Origin: Kofleriaceae bacterium
GTDB taxonomy: Bacteria; Myxococcota_A; Polyangia; Haliangiales; Haliangiaceae
Direction of reading: 5' to 3'
DNA: 25,996 bases
Assembly (NCBI GenBank): GCA_046597055.1
Contig: JBKJLC010000022.1
Location: 1-25,996, forward strand
Below are positions 11,562 through 22,023 of this stretch, one piece after another. Every line of letters starts with the position of its first letter. The stretch's first letter is position 1. The position numbers and the translations under genes are program-made. Under the pieces are notes generated by a model. The model did not search any database. It saw nothing but the letters and a program-made list of their open reading frames with translations, and was not told where the DNA came from.

Positions 11562-12170
11562 GTGTTCACCGGGCTCGTCGAGGACCTCGGCACCGTGGCG
11601 CGCGCCGATCGGCGGAGCGACGCGCTGGTCCTGACCGTGCGGCCAGCGGCGCTCCCCACCGGCGAGCTCGTGATCGGCGAGTCGATCTGTCATGACGGCG
11701 TGTGCTTGACCGTGACCGCGATCGATCGCGGCGCCGGCACCTACACCGTGCTGGCCGGCGCCGAGACGCTCGGACGCACGACCCTGGGCGCGGTCCGGGT
11801 CGGGAGCCAGCTCAACCTCGAGCGCGCGCTGCTCGCCGGGGCCCGCCTGGGCGGCCACCTGGTGGCCGGCCACGTCGACGGGGTCGGCGAGCTGACCAGC
11901 CGGTCCGACCGCGGCGCCAACCTCGTCCTCGGCTTTCGCGCCGGGCCCGAGCTGCTGCGCTACGTCGTCGCCAAGGGCTCGATCGCCATCGACGGCATCA
12001 GCCTGACCGTCAACCGGGTCGACGACGCCGGCTTCGACGTCGCGATCATCCCGCACACCGCCGACCAGACCACGCTGGCCGCCAAGCACCCGGGCGCGCG
12101 GGTGAACCTCGAGGTCGACGTCATCGGCAAGTACGTCGAGAAGCTGCTCGGCGGCTACCGCCCGACCTGA
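11562..12170 (+). CDS. ribE: Riboflavin synthase (alpha; ribE/ribC nomenclature)
   Basis: MFTGLVE N-terminus, GESICHDGVCLTV, NLERAL, GGHLVAGHVD, KGSIAIDGISLTVN, VNLEVD. Confidence 0.96.
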   Translation: MFTGLVEDLGTVARADRRSDALVLTVRPAALPTGELVIGESICHDGVCLTVTAIDRGAGTYTVLAGAETLGRTTLGAVRVGSQLNLERALLAGARLGGHLVAGHVDGVGELTSRSDRGANLVLGFRAGPELLRYVVAKGSIAIDGISLTVNRVDDAGFDVAIIPHTADQTTLAAKHPGARVNLEVDVIGKYVEKLLGGYRPT

Positions 12171-12245
12171 CCGCCGCGGCCGGTCGCTGCCACCACCCTC
12201 GCTCGCCTCCGCCGCCGCTCACGACAATCGCACCAGGAGTCCCCC

Positions 12246-13424
<1,179 letters not shown>

Positions 13425-13434
13425 AGTCCGGCGC

Positions 13435-13920
13435 ATGTCGAGCACGCCCCACGTCGTCGAGGGCCAGCTGTCCGCTGCCGGGCTCCGGATCGCCATCGTC
13501 GCCAGTCGCTTCAACGGGCTGATCGTCGAGCCGCTGGTCGCCGGCGCGATCGACGCGATCGTGCGCACCGGCGGCGCGGCGTCGTCGGTGACGATCGTGC
13601 GCTGCCCGGGTGCGTTCGAGCTGCCCCAGGTGGTGCGCCAGGTGCTGCGGCGCGGCGACGTCGACGCGGTGATCGCCCTGGGCGCGGTGATCCGCGGCGC
13701 GACCCCGCACTTCGACTACGTCGCGGGCGAGGCAGCCAAGGGCATCGCCGGTGCGGCGACCACCGGCAACGTGCCGGTCGTGTTCGGCGTCCTCACCACC
13801 GACACGATCGAGCAGGCGCTCGAGCGCGCTGGCACCAAGGCCGGCAACAAGGGCTTCGACGCGGCGCTGGCGGCGATCGAGATGGTCGGGCTGTTCCGGA
13901 AGCTCGACGGAGCCGCCTGA
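13435..13920 (+). CDS. ribH: 6,7-dimethyl-8-ribityllumazine synthase
   Basis: [50 protein letters not shown]. Confidence 0.97.
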   Translation: MSSTPHVVEGQLSAAGLRIAIVASRFNGLIVEPLVAGAIDAIVRTGGAASSVTIVRCPGAFELPQVVRQVLRRGDVDAVIALGAVIRGATPHFDYVAGEAAKGIAGAATTGNVPVVFGVLTTDTIEQALERAGTKAGNKGFDAALAAIEMVGLFRKLDGAA

Positions 13921-14441
13921 TGGCGACGCTGTCGGTCGGGATGCGCCGCAAGGCGCGCGGGCTCGCCCTGCAGGTGCTCTACGCGATCGACGTCGGGGAC
14001 GTCGGCGACCAGGGCGAGATCGATACCAGCGCGCCCGGCTGGATCGACGACGCGGTCGCGACCTACGGCGATCGCTTCGAGCTCGACATCGATCCCGAAG
14101 CGCGCGGCCTGGCGGTCACGCTGGTGCGGGCCGCGTCGAGCGAGCGCACCGCGATCGACGAACGCATCGCCGCCGCCTCCCGCAACTGGCGGCTCGAGCG
14201 GATGGCGCGGGTCGATCGCAACATCTTGCGGCTCGCGGTCGGCGAGCTGCTCCACGTGCGCGAGACGCCGGTCAAGGTCGTGATCAACGAGGCGGTCGAG
14301 CTGGCCAAGCGGTTCGGCACCGCGGAGTCGCCCGCGTTCGTCAACGGCGTGCTCGATCGGATCGCCTCGGCGCTCGGGCACGCCGGGACGACCGGCGCCG
14401 ACGGGGCCGCCAGCGGCGGCGGGGACGACGAGCCGGCATGA
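13920..14441 (+). CDS. nusB: Transcription antitermination factor NusB
   Basis: RRKARGLALQVLY, NWRLERMARVDRNILR, VVINEAVELAKRFG, FVNGVLD; follows ribH. Confidence 0.96.
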   Translation: MATLSVGMRRKARGLALQVLYAIDVGDVGDQGEIDTSAPGWIDDAVATYGDRFELDIDPEARGLAVTLVRAASSERTAIDERIAAASRNWRLERMARVDRNILRLAVGELLHVRETPVKVVINEAVELAKRFGTAESPAFVNGVLDRIASALGHAGTTGADGAASGGGDDEPA

Positions 14442-14941
14442 AGCTGTCGCTGCTCGCGCTCGACCTCTCGCGCTGGGACGAGGCGCCGCGCGACGCACTG
14501 CTCCTGCCGGTCTTCCTCGACGAGCGCCCGCTGCGCGGGGCGGCCGGCCTGGCCGACTGGCGCCTGTGCGGGCGGCTGACCCGCCTCCTCCGCGCCAGCC
14601 GGCTATCCGGCACCCGCGGCGAGTCGCTCATGCTCCCGCCGGGTCGTCGCATGACCTTCGGTCGGGTCTTCCTGTTCGGCCTCGGCCCGTCCCGGGGCTA
14701 CGGCGACGACCAGCTCCGCAAGGACGTCCGCTGGATGCGCGAGGTCGCGACCGCGGCGGGCGCGCGTGACTTCGCGCTCGAGGCGCCCGGCCGCGCCACC
14801 GGCCTGGTCGGCGCCCGCCGTGCGCTCGAGGTGGTGCTCGACGAGACCGACGTCGGCGACGGCGCGGTGCTCCTGATCGACAACCCGTCCGGCCAGAAGG
14901 ACATGGCCGAGCTCCTCCGACTCCAGGGCCGCCGCGACTGA
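14438..14941 (+). CDS. Stand-alone M17 leucyl aminopeptidase (PepA) N-terminal-domain-like protein
   Basis: DERPLRGAAGLADWRLCGRLTRL...GESLML...RVFLFGLG resembles the M17 N-terminal domain, with no catalytic domain (167 aa); ATGA-coupled to nusB. Confidence 0.7.
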   Translation: MKLSLLALDLSRWDEAPRDALLLPVFLDERPLRGAAGLADWRLCGRLTRLLRASRLSGTRGESLMLPPGRRMTFGRVFLFGLGPSRGYGDDQLRKDVRWMREVATAAGARDFALEAPGRATGLVGARRALEVVLDETDVGDGAVLLIDNPSGQKDMAELLRLQGRRD

Positions 14942-14962
14942 AGCGCGCGGCGCTGGGTCAGA

Positions 14963-15853
14963 TCACTTCGTCGCGGGCGCCTGGGCGGCGGCCTTGGCCT
15001 CGGGCTTCGGCGCGGCCGGCGACAGCCGGAGCCGGAAGAACGCCTGGGGATCGACGAAGCCGCCCGGCACGCGCACGCTGAGGTGCAGGTGCGGGCCGGT
15101 GGTGCGGCCGGTCTCGCCGGCGCGGCCGATCAGCGCCCCGGCGGCGACCTCCTGGCCCTCGGTGACGTTGGCGTCCTTCAGGTGGAAGTAGGCCGAGCCG
15201 ACGCCACCGCCGTGGGCGATCACCACCACGTGGCCGGCGAGGAACGTGTCGCGCACCAGCGTGACGGTGCCGGCGTTGATCGCCTTGACCGGGGACCCGA
15301 GCCGGACCGCGACGTCGAAGCCGAGGTGCTGGCTGCGGTGACCGTCATTGAAGGTGCGCCACTCGCCGTAGCTCGACGACACGCGGCCGCCCGGCTTGCG
15401 GAACCCGCGGGTGAACCGCGGCGCCATGTCGGCCTTACGGAGCGCGTCCAGCATCGCCTTGTTGTCGGCGTCGATCCGCGCGCGCTCGGCGGCCGGCGGG
15501 TTGGCCATCTCCTCCTGGACGACGACCTTGGCCTCGGGCCACTTCACCGCGCGCACCTTCAGCTTGGCGTGCTTGGTCATGCCTTCGATGTGAACCAGCA
15601 CTTCGCCGGGCGCCTGATCGATGGGCATCGCCACCACCGCCTCGTGACCCTTGCGCGCGGCGTAGAAATCGAGCGCCGTCGCGCCGACCTTGCCCTTCGG
15701 CGTGTCGGTCATACCGGTCACACGAACCAGCACCGCCGCGCCCGGACGCACGTTCGTCGGCGTGATCGACACCTTGGGTTCCGCCAGCGCGATCGACGAG
15801 GCGCTGCACAGCAGCACGGCGACGCTCGCCAGGGTCAGTCTTGCGATGCTCAT
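14963..15853 (-). CDS. Secreted M23 family metallopeptidase
   Basis: Signal peptide (MSIARLTLASVAVLLCSASSIALA), HLGFD (HxxxD), YFHL, GETGRTTGPHLH (HxH), FVDP. Confidence 0.92.
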   Translation of the reverse strand: MSIARLTLASVAVLLCSASSIALAEPKVSITPTNVRPGAAVLVRVTGMTDTPKGKVGATALDFYAARKGHEAVVAMPIDQAPGEVLVHIEGMTKHAKLKVRAVKWPEAKVVVQEEMANPPAAERARIDADNKAMLDALRKADMAPRFTRGFRKPGGRVSSSYGEWRTFNDGHRSQHLGFDVAVRLGSPVKAINAGTVTLVRDTFLAGHVVVIAHGGGVGSAYFHLKDANVTEGQEVAAGALIGRAGETGRTTGPHLHLSVRVPGGFVDPQAFFRLRLSPAAPKPEAKAAAQAPATK

Positions 15854-16028
15854 CCGTACACCGTACGTGTCTCCCACTGGAAGACGACCTCGTTTGCGGC
15901 GGTGGAGATCACGTGACGAGGTCTCGATCGCGTGAGCGGCGACTTCCGCGCGTTGATGAGGCATCCATGCGCACGCCCGGCCGTGATCGTGCGCGGGCGA
16001 CACAGCCGTGGATCCTGCGTGCGACTTC

Positions 16029-16057
16029 TTGACCGGCTCGCCGCGGGTCGCTATGAC
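16029..16057 (+). promoter_or_regulatory. Candidate sigma-70 promoter for the lipoprotein/amidohydrolase operon
   Basis: TTGACC (16029-16034)-N17-TATGAC (16052-16057), ~50 nt upstream of the SD-led ATG at 16107. Confidence 0.4.
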
Positions 16058-16106
16058 CATGCGCAAAGTAGGAAGTGTCACTGTTCGCTTCCGCGGGAGA
16101 AGTTCC

Positions 16107-16526
16107 ATGTCCGCGAGAATCCTGAGTTTCGGAGTGTTGTTGTTGGCTTCGGCATGCGGTGGCACCGAAGGCGAGGCCACCATCGACGCCGCCCCGGTCG
16201 TGATGGACGCCTCCACGGTGGCGCGGGTGCAGGGGACGATCACCTACGCCGGCGCCGCGCAGGGCGGGCTCGTGCTGGCCGCGTTCACCAGCTTCCCGCC
16301 CATGGGTGGACCGGTCGGCTTCGCGCAGCAGGCGAGCCCGAGCTTCCCGGCCACGCTGACGATCGACGGACTGCCGCCAGGCACGCTGTACGTGCTCGCG
16401 CTGCTCGACGTGGCGCCGGCGAGCCCGACCGAGCCCGGTCCCGAGGACCGCACCGCCTGGCAGATGAACGTCACCGCCACCGCCGGTGAGGTCGCGACCT
16501 TCGCGCTCACCCTGCGCGACCCATGA
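16107..16526 (+). CDS. Hypothetical lipoprotein (small beta-sandwich-like domain)
   Basis: GGGAGA SD; MSARILSFGVLLLASAC lipobox; GTITY...FP...LPPGTLYVLALLD. Confidence 0.75.
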   Translation: MSARILSFGVLLLASACGGTEGEATIDAAPVVMDASTVARVQGTITYAGAAQGGLVLAAFTSFPPMGGPVGFAQQASPSFPATLTIDGLPPGTLYVLALLDVAPASPTEPGPEDRTAWQMNVTATAGEVATFALTLRDP

Positions 16527-17059
16527 AGGCCGCCGCGCTGGTCGTGTGTGCGCTCGCCGCCTGCAGCGATGGTGGCGGCGCGCCGCCGCCCGATGCTACC
16601 GAGACGAACGCGATCATCCCGGGCACGCGGGTCGGTCCGATCACGCTCGGCATGACCTGGACGCAGGTCGTCGCTGCGGTCGGCGCGCCGCCGACCGAGC
16701 CGGTCGTGCTCGTGCGGGTCGGCTACGCGACCTGGCCCGCGCTCGGGCTCGAGGCGCTGCTCACGTCCCCCGCCGACACCACCCTCGCGGACGACGCGCT
16801 GGTGATCGGCGCGGCCGCGACCGCAGGGACCGACCTCGGCGGCGCCGCGCGGCCGGGCCTGACCCAGGTCGCGATCGAGGCGGCGCTGGGACCTGCACCC
16901 GAGGTCTACGGCGGTCGGGCGTACTACCCGGCCGGGGTCGCGGTCGAGTACGACGCCGGGGGGCTCGCCACCCGGGTCGCGGTGTTCGCACCGTACACGC
17001 TGGCCCCGGAGCCTCCGCCGATGGCGCCGGCGCGCACGTTCATGAAGGCGCTCCCGTGA
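16523..17059 (+). CDS. Hypothetical lipoprotein with an internal duplication
   Basis: MKAAALVVCALAAC lipobox; LGMTWTQVVAAVGAP and PGLTQVAIEAALGPA are two similar motifs; ATGA overlap with the upstream gene. Confidence 0.75.
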   Translation: MKAAALVVCALAACSDGGGAPPPDATETNAIIPGTRVGPITLGMTWTQVVAAVGAPPTEPVVLVRVGYATWPALGLEALLTSPADTTLADDALVIGAAATAGTDLGGAARPGLTQVAIEAALGPAPEVYGGRAYYPAGVAVEYDAGGLATRVAVFAPYTLAPEPPPMAPARTFMKALP

Positions 17060-18147
17060 GCGCGCGGGTGATCGCGGGCGTGCTCGCGATGTCGGTCGCG
17101 GTCCCGGCCGCGGCGAGCGTGCTGATCGACGGCCGGGAGGTGTACGTCGTCGACATGCACCTCCATCCCGGCGACTACGCGACGATGGCGCCGACCGGCA
17201 AGGCCTTCATCACCGGCAACTTGCCCCCGTTCCTGCAGATCTACGCGCCGGCGGTGCTCGATCGCCTGAGCGATCCGTGGGCGCCGCACGTCGGGATCGC
17301 CGCGCAGACCGACCTCGCCGGCGTCGATCACGCGCTGCTGTTCGCGGTCTACACCCAGAACACCACCGGCTACCTGACCAACGAGGCGCTCGAGGATCTG
17401 TTGAACGACCCGCGCAACCGGACCGGCGACGGCTACTGGGCGCGGGGCATGGCCAGCATCAACTTCGACGACTGGGACACCGACGTCGCCGGGGAGCGCC
17501 TGGCCGCCCTGCGCAGCTACCTGGTCCAGCGCCCCGATCTGTTCGTGGGCATCAAGCTCGCGCACGCGCACCAGCAGATCTCGTTCACCGACGCCGAGTA
17601 CCAGGGCGTGTACCAGCTCGCCTCGGAGGTCGGCGCGCCCGTGCTGCTCCACACCGGCTTCTCGCCGTTCCCGGGCACCGCCGACGAGCCGGCCTACTAC
17701 GATCCGCTGCACCTCGAGGCCGTGGTCACCGCGTTCGACGGCGCCCACGGGCCGGCCAAGGTGGACTTCATCCTGTCGCACGTGGGGCAGGGCGATGCCC
17801 GCGCGGTCGAGCACGCGCTCGACCTCGCGGCGGCCCACGACAACGTCTGGCTCGAGCTGTCCGCGCTCGGCCGACCGGGGCGCATCGGTGCCGACGGTCA
17901 GCCGGTCACCACCACGGCTCCCCAGTATCCGGCAGTCCTGGCGGCGATCGCCGCGCGCGGCCTGATCGGACGCACCCTGTTCGCGAGCGACGGCCCGCAG
18001 TCCTCCGGCTCGGTGCGCAGCTACCTCGGCCGGATGATCCAGGGCATGCAGGACGCCGGTTACACGACCGACCAGATCGCCGCCGTGCTCGGCGGGAATT
18101 TCGACCGCCTGATCCCGCCGATCATCATCGAGCCGCCGTTGCCGTAG
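17056..18147 (+). CDS. Amidohydrolase_2-family metallohydrolase with an N-terminal signal peptide
   Basis: VDMHLH (HxH), GIKL, PVLLHTG, ILSHVG, NVWLELS, LFASDGP; GTG start overlapping the previous TGA; signal-like VIAGVLAMSVAVPAAA. Confidence 0.85.
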   Translation: MSARVIAGVLAMSVAVPAAASVLIDGREVYVVDMHLHPGDYATMAPTGKAFITGNLPPFLQIYAPAVLDRLSDPWAPHVGIAAQTDLAGVDHALLFAVYTQNTTGYLTNEALEDLLNDPRNRTGDGYWARGMASINFDDWDTDVAGERLAALRSYLVQRPDLFVGIKLAHAHQQISFTDAEYQGVYQLASEVGAPVLLHTGFSPFPGTADEPAYYDPLHLEAVVTAFDGAHGPAKVDFILSHVGQGDARAVEHALDLAAAHDNVWLELSALGRPGRIGADGQPVTTTAPQYPAVLAAIAARGLIGRTLFASDGPQSSGSVRSYLGRMIQGMQDAGYTTDQIAAVLGGNFDRLIPPIIIEPPLP

Positions 18148-18151
18148 GTCC

Positions 18152-18171
18152 CGCTGGCGTCGCGTCCAGCG
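18152..18171. terminator. Possible hairpin between convergent genes
   Basis: CGCTGG...CCAGCG stem in the 34-bp convergent gap; no U-tract. Confidence 0.2.
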
Positions 18172-18181
18172 CCGCCGCGGG

Positions 18182-20281
18182 TCAGTTGCGCGCGAGCATG
18201 ACCGCGGTCTGCGAGTACACGCTCGACGACCAGAACCCCTCGAGGGCCTGCAGCTTGTCGGCGAGGTCACCCTCGCGCAGCACCCGGGCGGCCTGGTAGC
18301 GCAGGCGGGCCTGGACCGGGATCGATCCGGTCGCGACCTTGGCGGCGCGGGCGTTCTCGCGGGCCCGGCGCTCGGCCCACGTGAGCATGTTCATGAACGC
18401 GCGCTCGTGCTCGACCGACTTGGGCCGACCGGTGGCCGGATCGTTCTCCACGCCGAGCGAATACCACTTCGAGATCAGCAGCGAGGTGCGGAAGAACGAC
18501 AGCTCGCTGGCCGCCAGCGAGAACAGCCCCCACGCGATCGAGGCCTCGCCCCACTCGGTCTTGAGGGTCGCGGGCAGGCCCTGGAGGTTGGCGACCCCAC
18601 TGGCCATCATGCCGACCAGGTAGTCGGGCTCGAACCCGGCGAACTTCACCTTGGCCTCCTCCTGGGAGATCTTCAGGGCCGCCGCGACGTCGACGATGAT
18701 CAGCGAGTCGAAGTAGGCGAGGTTGGCGCCGGCGGCCGACTGGAACGACGTCGCCATCCGCCGCACGTTGGGCAGCGAGCACAGGTAATTGATCGACCGG
18801 ATGCCCTCGATCTCGGTCGCCTCGATCGACATCGCGGCCATCGCGACCGCGCGTGCGATCGCCAGCGTGGTGGGCGCGGTGGCCAGCACGATCTGATCGC
18901 CGACCGCGGCGGTGGCCAGCGCCGCCTGGGGGGCGGCCGCGAGATCCTCGAGCGTCTTGCGGGTGACCCCGGCGAGGAACTCGCTCGCGAACGTGTGGAA
19001 GCCCCAGCCGCTGATCGCGGTCTGGAACGCCGACAGCATCTGCAGGTGACCGCCCATGGTGTCGGGCTTCATCTGCGCGATCAGGCGCAGCGACGCGTCG
19101 CTGGTGACCGCGAGGCCCTCGAACTCGTGCAGCTTGGCCTTGGCGCCGATCAGGTCGCCGTTCTGGGCCAGCTCGAGGATCTCCCAGGTCGCGGTGGCGG
19201 CCGCGGCGAACACCCAGGCGCGCACGATGCGGTGGTAGGCCGACGCCGCCAGGCCCTGGGTCTTCAGCTTCTCGGCGGCCGCGGCCTCGATCTGCGCGCT
19301 CACCGCCAGCGACACCAGCGCCTGCGGCAGCTTGCCGGCTTGATCGAGCTCGATCAGCTTGGTCCACTCCTGGGCGAGCATCTGGTGCCACTTGACGTAC
19401 TTGGCCTCGAGCGCGGCGACCACCTCGTCCTCGATCGCCATCTCGATCTCGTCGACCGGCAGCGGCCGTGGCACGGTCTTGCCGGTGATGAGCGTGAGCG
19501 CCGCGTAGACGTCGGAGACCTCGACCGCCTCGGCCCCCTGGTCGCGCGCGAGCTGGACCAGATCGACCTTCTGGTTGGTGTTGATGTCGGTCGCGTAGCG
19601 CATGCCGATCGGGTAGCCGAGCCGCTTCTTGCCGTTGGCGATCGAGGCGGTGAACTTCTGGGGAATGCCGCCGACCGGGCCGATGGTGCCGTCGGGGTTG
19701 ATGATGCCGGTCATCGTCGTCTCCGGGATCACCGGCAGGCCGAGCATCGACGCGAGGTAGCCCGCGGTCATCAAGGCCGACGCCGACGCCCCGTCGACGT
19801 GGCCGCCAGCCTCGGCGGAGAACTTGAAGTCGGTCAGGTCCTTGTTGAGGACGGTCGAGGCGACGAACGCCGCCAGCCACACGCCGGCGCGCCACTGGGC
19901 GCCGAGCCCACCGGCGACCTCCTCGTAGACCCCGACCCGGACCTGGCCCTCGGGGTTGGGCGCGGTCGACAGCGAGACCGGGCTCGAGCCGCCGGTCGCC
20001 GGGCCCTCGCCGCGCCGGATCCACATGATGTCGATGCCGACCCGGTTCTCGACGCCGGACAGCGGGACGATCGTGGAGCCACCCGTGCTGTCGGTGCCGA
20101 GGATGAGCGCCTGGGCCGGCGCCTTGGCGTCGGCCTTGAACTCGAGCGGCTTGACGGTCTTGACCCCGCCGGCGATCCCGCCGCCGCCCGCGGGCGCACG
20201 CGAGGACGATGAACAGCCGGCCAGGACCAGCGGGCCGACGATAGACAGACAGGTAGCCACGCGGAGCACGCGTTGGATCAT
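18182..20281 (-). CDS. Lipoprotein with a Lon-type (S16) Ser-Lys protease domain and long helical C-terminus; no AAA+ module
   Basis: VLAGC lipobox; VDGASAS ... TMTGIINPDGTIGPVGGIPQK with Lys exactly 43 residues after Ser, as in the Lon dyad; GGAGGG SD before ATG 20281 (alternative 20293). Confidence 0.85.
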   Translation of the reverse strand: MIQRVLRVATCLSIVGPLVLAGCSSSSRAPAGGGGIAGGVKTVKPLEFKADAKAPAQALILGTDSTGGSTIVPLSGVENRVGIDIMWIRRGEGPATGGSSPVSLSTAPNPEGQVRVGVYEEVAGGLGAQWRAGVWLAAFVASTVLNKDLTDFKFSAEAGGHVDGASASALMTAGYLASMLGLPVIPETTMTGIINPDGTIGPVGGIPQKFTASIANGKKRLGYPIGMRYATDINTNQKVDLVQLARDQGAEAVEVSDVYAALTLITGKTVPRPLPVDEIEMAIEDEVVAALEAKYVKWHQMLAQEWTKLIELDQAGKLPQALVSLAVSAQIEAAAAEKLKTQGLAASAYHRIVRAWVFAAAATATWEILELAQNGDLIGAKAKLHEFEGLAVTSDASLRLIAQMKPDTMGGHLQMLSAFQTAISGWGFHTFASEFLAGVTRKTLEDLAAAPQAALATAAVGDQIVLATAPTTLAIARAVAMAAMSIEATEIEGIRSINYLCSLPNVRRMATSFQSAAGANLAYFDSLIIVDVAAALKISQEEAKVKFAGFEPDYLVGMMASGVANLQGLPATLKTEWGEASIAWGLFSLAASELSFFRTSLLISKWYSLGVENDPATGRPKSVEHERAFMNMLTWAERRARENARAAKVATGSIPVQARLRYQAARVLREGDLADKLQALEGFWSSSVYSQTAVMLARN

Positions 20282-20391
20282 GTTCCCTCCCATGCGAACG
20301 GTACCGCGCCCCGGGTGACGGGCACCAGCGCCGCGACCCGTCCCGCCACCCGCAAAGTTGCCCCGACGCCCGCGGCCCGGTCAGATCGGCC

Positions 20392-21321
<930 letters not shown>

Positions 21322-21328
21322 CGGCGGC

Positions 21329-21357
21329 TTGCGGCGGCGACTCGGCGCGTACATAGT
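21329..21357 (+). promoter_or_regulatory. Candidate sigma-70 promoter
   Basis: TTGCGG (21329-21334)-N17-CATAGT (21352-21357), 9 nt before ATG 21367. Confidence 0.3.
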
Positions 21358-21366
21358 CCCCGTTGA

Positions 21367-22023
21367 ATGTCGGACTTCGGACCCGAGCACATCCGCACGA
21401 TCGTCCAGGGCATGGTGATCCTTGTCCTTTCGATCGCGGTGCACGAGTTCGGCCACGCCTGGGTCGCCGACCGCATGGGCGACCGGCTGCCGCGGCAGCA
21501 GGGTCGCGTCACGCTGAACCCGGTCGTGCACGCCGACCCGGTCGGCACCTTGCTCTTGCCGCTGCTGTTCCTGAGCATGACTAGCGGCTTTGGCTTCGGC
21601 TGGGGCAAGCCGGTCGAGCACACCACCCACAATCGCAAGAAGCGCCTGTTCATCTCCGCGGCGGGCCCGATGATGAACGTGGTGCTCGCGGTGATCATCG
21701 CGGCGATCAACGTCGGGCTCATCGTCGGCGGCGTGCTGGTGTATCAGGTCGGGTTCTCGCGAGTCCTCGAGTACGCCGTGGGGCTCAACTTCGTGCTGTT
21801 CTTCTTCAACCTGCTGCCGGCGTCGCCGCTCGACGGCGGCTCGGTCGCCCGCGGGCTGATCCCGGACAGCTGGGTCGAGGGTTGGGACAAGGTCGCGGTC
21901 TACGCGCCGTTCGTGGTGATGGCGTTCATCATGATCTCGCAGCTCAGCTGGATCGTGCGCACGCCGGCGCTGTTCCTGACCAAGCATCTCCACGAGGGGC
22001 TCATGCTCCCGTTCGGGCTGTGA
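21367..22023 (+). CDS. Site-2 protease (M50) family intramembrane metalloprotease
   Basis: HEFGH, GRVTLNP, FGWGKPV, AAGPMMN, FNLLPASPLDGG. Confidence 0.93.
   Translation: MSDFGPEHIRTIVQGMVILVLSIAVHEFGHAWVADRMGDRLPRQQGRVTLNPVVHADPVGTLLLPLLFLSMTSGFGFGWGKPVEHTTHNRKKRLFISAAGPMMNVVLAVIIAAINVGLIVGGVLVYQVGFSRVLEYAVGLNFVLFFFNLLPASPLDGGSVARGLIPDSWVEGWDKVAVYAPFVVMAFIMISQLSWIVRTPALFLTKHLHEGLMLPFGL

Noticed and set aside
15854..16243. Upstream extensions of the M23 ORF (to 16243) and of the lipoprotein ORF (from 16008)
   Set aside because: Signal peptides begin at 15853 and 16107 respectively; the extensions would overlap the divergent gene or its promoter region.
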